Source: Macrostomum hystrix (lineage: Eukaryota; Animalia; Platyhelminthes). From it: a stretch of DNA of 64,000 bases. Position numbers and translations under genes: made by a program. The DNA lies in assembly GCA_950097015.1 (NCBI GenBank), contig CATNEN010000029.1, positions 8,370,001 through 8,434,000 of the forward strand, in the 5' to 3' direction. This document shows, piece after piece, positions 48,402-59,500 of the stretch. The notes beneath the pieces were generated by a model. It was not told the origin of the DNA and searched no databases. It was given only the letters and a program-made list of their open reading frames with translations. Position 1 is the stretch's first letter. Each line of letters begins with the position of its first letter.

Positions 48402-51400
48402 GTTGATTGGTTGATTGTTTGCTTTATTGATTGATTGATTGATTGATTGATCGGCAAGCAGTGCAGCTCTCACATCAATAATGTATACAGTGCCGTTATT
48501 GTGCTGCACAGTCTCCAGAGCGCAGATGTCGGCCCCGTTAAACAGGCTGGACAGCTCATCCAGCCACTGCCGATATCTGCATGTTGAGCACGCAGGTGGT
48601 GAGTATATCTGCTAGACAATCATAAGATATCATTATTCAATGAGCGAACTCACTGCTCCGTGATTGGCAGCTGCTCCAACATTGACGACCCCGAGTTCGC
48701 CTTCCAGCCACCGGAGATGCTGCGCCTCCTGGAGATTGTGTTGCAGACATTGGCTAGGCATCTTCGCGACTTTTTCTATTCAGAATGACCACCCCAGAAA
48801 CACCTGTGCATATCAGCATGACCACCCCAGTAACACTTGTTCATTCCAGTATGACCATCCCGGTAACACCTGTTCAAGCCAGAATGACCATCCCGGTAAC
48901 ACCTGTTCATGCCAGTATGACCATCCCGGTAACACCTGTTCATGCCAGTATGACCATCCCGGTAACACCTGTTCATGCCAGTATGACCATCCCGGTAACA
49001 CCTGTTCATACCATTATGACCATCCCTGTAACACCTGTTCATGCCAGTATGACCATCCCGGTAACACCTGTTCATGCCAGTATGACCATCCCGGTAACAC
49101 CTGTTCATGCCAGTATGACCATCCCGGTAACACCTGTTCATGCCAGTATGACCATCCCGGTAACACCTGTTCATGCCAGAATGACCATCCCGGTAACACC
49201 TGTTCAAGCCAGAATGACCATCCCGGTAACACCTGTTCATGCCAGAATGACCATCCCGGTAACACCTGTTCATACCATTATGACCATCCCTGTAACACCT
49301 GTTCATGCCAGTATGACCATCCCGGTAACACCTGTTCATGCCAGTATGACCATCCCGGTAACACCTGTTCATGCCAGTATGACCATCCCGGTAACACCTG
49401 TTCATGCCAGAATGACCATCCCGGTAACACCTGTTCATGCCAGTATGACCATCCCGGTAACACCTGTTCATGCCAGAATGACCATCCCGGTAACACCTGT
49501 TCATACCATTATGACCATCCCTGTAACACCTGTTCATGCCAGTATGACCATCCCGGTAACACCTGTTCATGCCAGTATGACCATCCCGGTAACACCTGTT
49601 CATTCCAGTATGACCATCCCGGTAACACCTGTTCATGCCAGAATGACCATCCCGGTAACACCTGTTCATGCCAGAATGACCATCCCGGTAACACCTGTTC
49701 ATGCCAGTATGACCATCCCGGTAACACCTGTTCATTCCAGTATGACCATCCCGGTAACACCTGTTCAAGCCAGAATGACCATCCCGGTAACACCTGTTCA
49801 TGCCAGTATGACCATCCCGGTAACACCTGTTTATGCCAGAATGACCATCCCGGTAACACCTGTTCATGCCAGAATGACCATCCCGGATACTCACATGAAA
49901 GCCTTGTAGTTGTTTCCAATCTTCTGCAGCCTTATATCGCACCTGGCCTCAATGAGGCTCTCAGCCGTGGCATAGGCCTCACCCTGTGGCAGCAGAGCCA
50001 GAAGGCCGCCAACGTCAGTCAGGGCTTCGTGACCCGTCACTCGAAGCTAGTTCCCCAAATTAGCGTGGGCGGGAGAGAAAGAAAAAGTGCGTTTTTATTG
50101 GAAATTTGAACCGTAGACCGTTGAATTTGCCGCTTGTCCAACTGGATTGATTTAGTTTGACAGCGGGGGGGAACATGAAAACTAGCGCTAGCTCAAATTA
50201 AATTTGTCATCTCTAATTTCATTCATCTTCAAATGGGATTTGAGCTCGTCTCAAGCTTGGGCAGGGCGTTAGCTGCTATAATCCGATTGCGCAGCTGTGT
50301 GTGACCAGCTAAATCGGCTTCTAGATTATCCCCCCCTCCCATAATTCTCTGCCCAAGGGATTCCTTATTGCCAATCGGATTACACTGCGGGATCTGCCCC
50401 CCGCTCAGTCCGGATCAAGCAGCATTTATTGTAATTTCCCGCAATTGCTGCATAGATTTATGGAAGGGGGGCCGAAAAGACGGAAACTCAACTCAACTTG
50501 TCTATTGACCTGCGCTTGTACGAGCACTAACCAGCTAGCTTTATAATTGAAGCTTTGGTCAGCATATATTTGAGATTTTATTGTCAGAATGACTCAATGT
50601 GAACCTTCATGGCCCATGGCGAATTAAATTAACAGCACCGAATCACTGATTCGTGCCCAATCAATCAATGACCAACTCCAACTCTCTATGACCAACTTTT
50701 CGTTTCTACTTGACTAACTCCCAATGTCTATGACCAACTCTCACTCTCTATGACCAACTACCACTCTTTATGACCAACTCCTGATCTTTATGACCAACTC
50801 CCAATGTCTATGACCAACTCCCAATCTCTGTGACCAACTCCCACTCTCTATGACCAACTCCTGATCTTTATGACCAACTCCCAATCTCTATGACCAACTC
50901 CCAATCTCTATGGCCAACTCCCATCTCTATGACCAACTCCCAATCTCTATGGCCAACTCCCAATCTCTATGACCAACTCCCAATCTCTATGACCAACTCC
51001 CAATCTTTATTACCAACGTTTCGTTTCGATATGACCAACTCCCAATCTCTATGACCAACTCACACTCTCTATGATCAACTCCTATTCTCTATGATCAACT
51101 CCCAGTCTCTATGACCAATTCAAACTCTCTATGACCAACTTTTCGTTTCTACTTGACCAACTCTCAACGTCTGGCCAACTCCCAATCTCTATGACCAACT
51201 CACACTCTCTATGAACAACTCCTGATCTCTATGACCAACTCCTGATCTCTATGACCAACTCCCAATCTATATGACCAACTTTTCGTTTCTATATGACCAA
51301 CTCCCAGTCTCTATGACCAACTTTTCGACTCCATGACCAACCTACGGCTCGTATTATCTCCATGACTAACTATGGCTCTCTATGACTAACTTTGAATCTC

Positions 51401-52049
51401 TATGACCAACTCCGAATGAATCTCTATGAGCAACTCAGATCTCTATGACGAGCTCCGAATCCGTTTGACCAACTCTAAATCGTCATGACCAATTCTATTT
51501 TTCCTAGGCCCAATTCAGAATCTCTACGACTTCGAGCTAATTCTAAATGTCAATCACCAATTCTGAATTTCTCTGACCAATTGTGAATCCCTACGACTGA
51601 CAGTGAATCTATTTAAACAACTCTGAATTGATGAGCGAAACAGATCGTCTTTGAGTGTAGCATTTCAAAATCTAGCGTTATTTTATAAATGAAGCAATAT
51701 AGCATTCTGTTGATGCTTATGAGCGGCTACTCCCCCGCCAGTTGATTATTGAATTTCGTTCCCATTGGCCTAAAAATTATTCCATAATAAGCTGCCACTG
51801 GCTGTTATTGACCATAAAAATTCAATTTTCAACTTTTTGAGTAATTAATTTGCTAACCGCTGCCTAGCCTCAATCTCACAGCTCAACTAGAAGCAGAAAA
51901 TCTCTACCCCCACTCACCTTGCCCACGCCACCATGGGCGTGTCCGATTTTCAGCGCCATCGGAAAATAGGCCGGCGCCGCGCCATCGGCGGCAGCCGCTG
52001 GTGCAGATGTCGCGGTCGACGACGAAGGCGCCGCGGCCGCCTGCTGATG
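47106..52049 (-). CDS. Syn: Synapsin, 3' half (exons 52049-51918, 50046-49895, 48728-48654, 48576-48474, 47641-47525, 47447-47106); 5' exons not located, probably right of the window
   Basis: C-domain motifs [66 protein letters not shown] and MPLLGDSQEEDRRHVAEVV; E-domain DTMKNLRKTFAGIFRDM*. All junctions are GT-AG and phase-compatible. The 5' boundary of the 52049 exon is uncertain. Confidence 0.95.
47795..47925 (+). mobile_element. SINE family 1 body (core and tail) in a synapsin intron
   Basis: tgtgtcctcgagctagacacttaa...cacccagctgtaaaatgg...catcagctgggg...agtccacggactgaacacagctgtacacagcc matches the 32158-32377 copy. Confidence 0.75.
48015..48450. repeat. (TTGA)n-type microsatellite in a synapsin intron
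   Basis: Imperfect attg/ttga tetranucleotide run. Confidence 0.95.
48778..49887. repeat. 33-bp minisatellite, ~34 copies, filling a synapsin intron
   Basis: Unit cagtatgaccatcccggtaacacctgttcatgc; the variant cataccattat recurs at 49007, 49271 and 49502 (8 and 7 units apart). Confidence 0.98.
50668..51600. repeat. ~20-bp degenerate minisatellite in a synapsin intron
   Basis: Unit tgaccaactcccaatctcta, progressively degraded to the right. Confidence 0.92.
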
Positions 52050-52914
52050 CTGCGGGGGCGGTGGCAACGATTGGCGGGATAATTGAAGAACAAAAGCCGG
52101 TGGAGGATTTTGGTGAATTATCAAGCAGTGCGTGGGCGGCGCAAGACTGATTAGTGAGTTTAGTGTGCAGCCGGCCCTGAGTGTGTGTAACCAAGGCTGC
52201 CATATCCCCATCACCAACCCCCCCAGTCCCATTCTCATCCAGTTTGAAGCCAGATTGCGTAAACACTGAAAGAGCTACTGAAATATATGAGAGGCTCCGA
52301 GAGGGAGGAGATTAAACAGAAATGAGAGAAGGGGGGTACACAAAATTAGCCAATTTAATGATTTGGGGATCTCAGATGAAGCTCAAAAAAGAAACTGCGC
52401 GGCGCATTTACTCGTACTTTGGGGATGTCGGCCAGCCGGCGGGCTATTTTAAAACCATAAAATGCAAACATTAATATAGGAGACTGAACTGGCGCCTGCA
52501 CTAATGCACTAAGAGCGATTGCGCAGTTTGGCTTTCAGCAGCAGCAGCAGCAGCAGCAGCCAATTTAATTTTTGGCGCCTAATCAAAGCGACCTTAGCCG
52601 CGCACATCGGGCTGCGGGCAATTGAAACCCCGTTTTTTAGATGGCGCTTCGATTATTTTGTTATTGCGCAAACGATAGACTAAAACGCGTTGGGTTAGCA
52701 TCCTTTTTTCGGCCTCTTGTTGTTCGCGGTTTTAGTGGAAAATCAACACGGTATAAGATCAGCTGACTGATAAATTGAAGGGCTTGGAAAATTGGTAAGG
52801 GGAGGTTTGTCACGATCCTCTGAAGTGTCCTCATCCTCATCATCCACATTAGCCATGATCAGAGACAGCATCTAAGAGACGACGAATTGAAATTCGGCAC
52901 ATGAGACAACTGGT

Positions 52915-54415
52915 TGCTAGATGAGACAGTTAGAGAGATGAGACAGTTAGAGAGATGAGACAGATGAGAGATGAGACAGTTAGAGAGATGAGACAGTTAG
53001 AGAGATGAGACAGTGTAGACAGATGAGACAGTTAGAGAGATGAGACAGTTAGAGAGATGAGACAGTTAGAGAGATGCGACAGAGGAGAGATGAGACAGTT
53101 AGAGAGATGCGACAGAGGAGAGATGAGACAGTTAGAGAGATGCGACAGAGGAGAGATGAGACAATTAGAGAGATGCGACAGAGGAGAGATGCGACAGAGG
53201 AGAGATGCGACAGAGGAGAGATGCGACAGAGGAGAGATGCGACAGAGGAGAGATGAGACAGTTAGAGAGATGCGAAAGAGGAAAGATGAGACACGGGAGA
53301 CATTAGACAATGCAGAGAGATGAGACACGGTACGAGAGATGAGACAGTGTAGACAGATGAGACAGTGTAGTAGATGAGACAGTGAAGAGAGATGAGACAG
53401 TGTAGTAGATGAGACAGTGAAGAGAGATGAGACACTGTAGGGAGATGAGACAGTGTAGAGAGAGATGAGACACTGTAGAGAGAGATGAGACAGTGTAGAG
53501 AGAGATGAGACACTGTAGAGAGAGATGAGACAGTGTAAACAGATGAGACAGTGTATGTAGAGAGATGAGACAGTGTATGTAGAGAGATGAGACAGTGTAT
53601 GTAGAGAGATGAGACAGTGTAGACAGATGAGACAGTGTATGTAGAGAGATGAGACAGTGTATGTAGAGAGATGAGACAGTGTAGAGAGATGAGACAGTGT
53701 AGAGAGATGAGACAGTGTAGACAGATGAGACATTGTAGAGAGATGAGACAGTGTAGAGAGATGAGACAGTGTAGACAGATGAGACAGTGTAGACAGATGA
53801 GACAGTGTAGAGAGATGAGACAGTGTAGACAGATGAGACAGTGTAGAGAGATGAGACAGTGTATGTAGAGAGATGAGACAGTGTAGACAGATGAGACAGT
53901 GTAGACAGATGAGACAGTGTAGACAGATGAGACAGTGTAGAGAGATGAGACAGTGTAGAGAGATGAGACAGTGTATGTAGAGAGATGAGACAGTGTAGAG
54001 AGATGAGACAGTGTAGAGAGATGAGACAGTGTAGACAGATGAGACATTGTAGAGAGATGAGACAGTGTAGAGAGATGAGACAGTGTAGACAGATGAGACA
54101 GTGTAGACAGATGAGACAGTGTAGAGAGATGAGACAGTGTAGACAGATGAGACAGTGTAGAGAGATGAGACAGTGTATGTAGAGAGATGAGACAGTGTAG
54201 ACAGATGAGACAGTGTAGACAGATGAGACAGTGTAGACAGATGAGACAGTGTAGAGAGATGAGACAGTGTAGAGAGATGAGACAGTGTATGTAGAGAGAT
54301 GAGACAGTGTAGACAGATGAGACAGTGTAGAGAGATGAGACAGTGTATGTAGAGAGATGAGACAGTGTAGACAGATGAGACAGTGAAGAGAGATGAGACA
54401 TGGGAGACATGAGAC
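52915..54415. repeat. 17-22-bp GAGATGAGACA-core minisatellite
   Basis: Units gagagatgagacagtta and gagagatgagacagtgta; a 314-bp internal duplication gives identical ORFs at 53671 and 53985. Confidence 0.97.
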
Positions 54416-55004
54416 ACTTGACCCAGCTGTTGCATAGCTGATCAGACGGCAGTGGCTGCACAAACCATACTATTGGATCCTTTATAGCAAAGGACTGGCA
54501 TAAGTTAGCCTGGAGTGAGAGGCCCAACTCTATATCGTATTATAGCTGAGCAAAGCAAAGCAATTATTCATAAAGCGACTTCAGACTACAGACTGGGGGA
54601 GCCGCCCTGGCCACCGCCCCCCCCCGCGATTGACCATCTGTCTTGTCCGCCTGTCTTCCAGTAGGATTTTTTATCTAGTCTGGACTAACATACTCGAAGA
54701 ATGGAGGGTTGGCCGGACTGCGGGGACATATCTTATTCAGAGGGTCCCGCTATACAGCGTGCGAGATTAGCCGGGCACCGGGTGCATGCTTCTTTTTGAG
54801 GGGCGAACTGCCTCAGAGCCGGTAGGCAATTTTCGCTTCGGGTTTCTGCTACTCAATGCAAATTAGCGCTTAAGCTCCCTTCTTTGAGCAACCCGACAAC
54901 CCCAAAACAGTGGATAATCTAATGCTATAATTTAACATAGACACAGGCACTGGCCTCCATCTGCACCTCCTAGTCTCAAGTCTCACCATTGAGACAGATC
55001 ACAT

Positions 55005-56035
55005 CATACACTCACACTCACACTCACACTCACACTCACACTCACACTCACACTTACACTCACTCTCACACTCACACTCACACACACTAACACTCACTCA
55101 CACTTACTCACACTCACTCTCACACTCACACTCACACTCACACTCACTCTCACACTCACACTTACTCTCATACTCACACTCACTCTCACTCTCACTCACA
55201 CTCACTCACACTCCCACTCACACACACTTACACTCACTCACACTCACTCACACTCACTCACATACACTCACACACACACTCACTCACACTCACTCACATA
55301 CACTCACACACACACTCACACTTACTCTCATACTCACACTCACACTTACTCACACTCACTCACACTCACTCACACTCACACTCACACTCACACACACTTA
55401 CACTCACTCACACTTACTCACACTCACTCACACTCACACTCACACACACACTCACTCACACTCACTCACACTCACTCACACTCACTCACACACACACTCA
55501 CACCCACACTCACTCACACACACACTCACACCCACACTCACTCACACACACACTCACACTCACACTCACTCACACTCACTCACACACACACTCACACCCA
55601 CACTCACTCACACACACACTCACACCCACACTCACTCACACACACACTCACACCCACACTCACTCACACACACACTCACACCCACACTCACTCACACCCA
55701 CACTCACTCACACACACACTCACACCCACACTCACTCACACACACACTCACACCCACACTCACTCACACACACACTCACACCCACACTCACTCACACACA
55801 CACTCACACTCACACTCACTCACACTCACTCACACACACACTCACACCCACACTCACTCACACACACACTCACACTCACACTCACACTCACTCACACACA
55901 CACACACCCACACTCACTCACACACACACTCACACTCACTCACGCTTACTCACACTCACTCACACTCACTCACACACACACACACCCACACTCACTCACA
56001 CACACACTCACACTCACACTCACACTCACTCACAC
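55005..56035. repeat. Compound (CA/CACT)n microsatellite
   Basis: About 1 kb of cactcacacactca. Confidence 0.97.
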
Positions 56036-56569
56036 CTCAAGCCGAGCTCGCCAACTCCGGCCATGCAATTCAGGCCTTGGCTTTGGTGGAGGAGTGGGGG
56101 AGGAGAGGCGGGGGACATTCAGAGGGTCCCGAGGCCCCAAGGGCAGATCCAATGGCAACTCTTCCTTCCCTGATTCTCCCTCTGCTCTCCTCTTCTCTTC
56201 TAATCTCTTCTCTATCCGTTTCTGTCCGGCCAGGGATAGGATAAAGGAACCAAGGGGGGAGTGGGGCCGGCGGACACAATCGGGCAGGCATAGAAGGAGA
56301 CGCCTCTCAGGGTTGGGTTCAGAACTTAGCGCGTAGAAAAAAAATTAATAAAAAGGCAGACAGTCGCCTCGCGAGACGGGACTAAATTTCTTCTACTGAG
56401 AAATCTTGCCTGGAATTTTTTCCGAAAACGAATTTTTGCAAAATAAGGCATCGCCATTCGAACTATTGGCCAATTCCGACTGGCGGCACCGACTTATTGG
56501 AAGGCGACGACAAAGCAAGGGCGGTCAGCGGACTGGCACCGCTACCAGCGATGCTGCCAAACCTTCGGC

Positions 56570-59500
56570 ATGACGAGCCAAAGAAGCAGTACGACTACTG
56601 AATCACTGCGCGCCTCGGACGAGCCAACGTCTGGGTCCTCGCAGCAACTCTCGCCAGCTTTTGACATCGCGACGTCGGCCTATTCGACATCGACAGCTGG
56701 CCGCGTTTTCGGCTTCGCCAGCCTGCTGCTCATCGGCAGCTGGACTGTGGGAGGAGGCAGGCTGCGGCGGCCCCCTTGCTGGCCTCCGCAGCGCCCTTTC
56801 AGGGCTTCGACACGCCGCCTTGCGCGTGCCGACCACATCATCCGCTGCACCCGCAGATCGCTTTCTGCACCAGCGACTTTGGTTGGTGTCAAATTTCTCT
56901 TGCTTCTCATGAGGGGGTCGGTGGCAGAGCGTTTGCCTCTAGCACCAAGGTTCCTGAGCTCGATTCTGCGGCGAGACCACATTTATTTAGGTCGCAGCAG
57001 CGGAAAAGGTCTTGGGCCTGTTGTGCGATTGTCGCCCTTGAGGGCCAAGCTCCAAGGCACAGTGAAATGTACACTGCCTGACGATGAGAAAGTCAGGGCA
57101 GATGTACACACCTGTGTGAGCGTGTGCCTGCTTACGGTATCTGTGTGCGTGTGTGCTCAGGAGTCAGCGAAATGGGCAGAATTGCCTCCTCGCTGGTTGC
57201 GGGTCTAGTGTCACCAAATGATGTGCCATTGCCCGCAGCCCTCCTGCAATTATTATTATTATTATTGTTATATTATTAATAATGTTTCTCATGTATCTGT
57301 CTAGGTTTCTCGAGTATCTCATTTACCCTCGGGTTCATTATATTTCTCATGTTTCTCCTCCTTTTCTTCCGCATTTCCCCAGTGCTGAAAGTGCGTTTCC
57401 TGCGCGAGATCACGAAGAGCAACGGCTTGGATGGCCAGAACAGGCAGTACTGGGTGGCCGTGCAGAAAGTGTTTCGCAACACTCGAAAAGTGAGTAGCCA
57501 GTTAAGCTGCTTGAGTTTTGGATACTATATGAAGGGCGTTGCCCAATGACCTGATTGACATCTCGCATCTCCGTTCTCGACAGATTGCCGAATTCTATCC
57601 TCGAAACCGAGTCTCACTGTGGATGTACGGCACCAGAGATTCCTGTGGCAGCGGCATCACAGTGCGGCATTATAAATCCATGCCTAGCATGATCTCAAGA
57701 GATGTGGAAATGGGACAAGTCTACCTAGTGACTGGTGAGATAATGGCGCCGATTTTTCTTAACTGACACGATCTGGAGAGTGGTGTGCCCTCTGGCAGTG
57801 TGCAAAATCTAATTCATAAATTGTGCAAAAAAATTAAGTTTGCAAATGGATTCAAAAGTCGGGAAAGATAGAGTCAGAAGTCTTGATACAAAAACGTATT
57901 TGTTATAAAAAAAGTAATGCAAGTAATTGTTTCTTAGAAACTGCTTCTTAAGAAGTATCAAACAAAATCTGGTGTTTCTTAGAAAACATCACCCAAAAGA
58001 AAGTGTTTCTTAGAAATATCTCCCGCAAGCAAGTTTTTCTTAGAAACATCTCCGACAAGCGTTTTTCTTTGAAACATCTCCTGCAAGCTAGTTTTTCTTA
58101 GAAACATCTCCCGCAAGCAAGTTTTTCTTAGAAACATCTCCGACAAGCGTTTTTCTTTGAAACATCTCCTGCAAGCTAGTTTTTCTTAGAAACATCTCCC
58201 GCAAGCAAGTTTTTCTTAGAAACATCTCCTGCAAGCTAGTTTTTCTTAGAAACATCTCCCGCAAGCTAGTTTTTCTTAGAAACATCTCTCGCAAGCAAGT
58301 GTTTTTAGCAAAATCTCCCCCGAGCAATTTTTTCTTTGCGAAATAAAATTTTAGCCACTTCTAAAAGCTGTAATTTTTTAATTTCACTAGGCTACGTGCA
58401 AGATGGCAAGCCCATGCTGTCAGTGTGCAGCTGGATCGCCTACTGGCCTAATCGCAAGGCCAGGAAGGCCCTACCAGCCGAGGAGCTGGTCTCCAGCGCG
58501 GTGACGGTGCAGCAGTCACGCTATTTGAGGCGCGGCCTATTTGAAAAAGGCTGCTCAAAGTGCAAGGTAGGCGGAGCTGCATATTAAGAATAAAGAAACC
58601 AATAGCGATTTATCGTATTAACCGTGACATGAAAGGTCATAAATTAAGGCACAATAGTCGGTATTTTTCTGCTATCAGTGGTGCGGGTCATGCACTAATT
58701 TTCAGGACAAAGGTTCGCTTACTATAGCTAGTCCACCAACTTTCTCGCCTGTTCTTCCTCATCAATCTCTCTCAGCGGTTCTACCTCTGTCCTCGCTGAA
58801 GCTACAATGCAAAAACATCAGCTTGATAAGTTGAGACACATGCGGAACTAAGAAAGCCCCCCCTCTCTCTCTCTCTCTCTCTCGCCATTTCCTTTGTACC
58901 TCGCCGCCGTCAAAACAGTTTGGTCCGCTCCCACTAGCAAGAAAGAAAAAGATTTCGGGCCTGACAGAAGCTTATAGGCCTCTGCCCCTATTGCTTCCGC
59001 GTTTTGCTTATTTCTTGCCGACTGTAGGACTGTACTATTGAACAACTATAGCGGCTATCAGTGGCCATAAGGCAACTGTCGGACCAAGTCCCACCCCTGC
59101 GCTGCAGGTATTTTAGTTTTGTAACTTTTGTTTAGTCTAAGCCAGCTTCTCTGACGAGCTATAAGTTATTTCACATTGTCTATACGCGTAAAGCATAGCC
59201 TGGGTTGTGTGGGAGGCTTGTGAAAGTTTACGACTATATAAAGTATGCGAAAAAATATACAGGGGTGGAGCTGGCTAAAACCAATTAATGCGAGTCCAGC
59301 GATTAGACAGCGCATAGAGATATTAAGACAATGGAAAGCAAAGATGGACACATGAACATGAGGGAGACACATGAAGGGGAGATGAGAGGCAGACACATGA
59401 AGGGGAGAGATGAGAGGCAGACACATGAAGGGGAGAGATGAGAGGGAGACACATGAAGGGGAGATGAGAGGGAGACACATGAAGGAGAGATGAGAGGGAG

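Noticed and set aside
48664-50109. 481-, 388- and 374-aa Cys/His-rich repeat ORFs (metallothionein-like appearance)
   Set aside because: 33-bp minisatellite inside a synapsin intron whose flanking exons splice in phase
53032-54527. Long ORFs of 386-467 aa
   Set aside because: Low-complexity satellite translations
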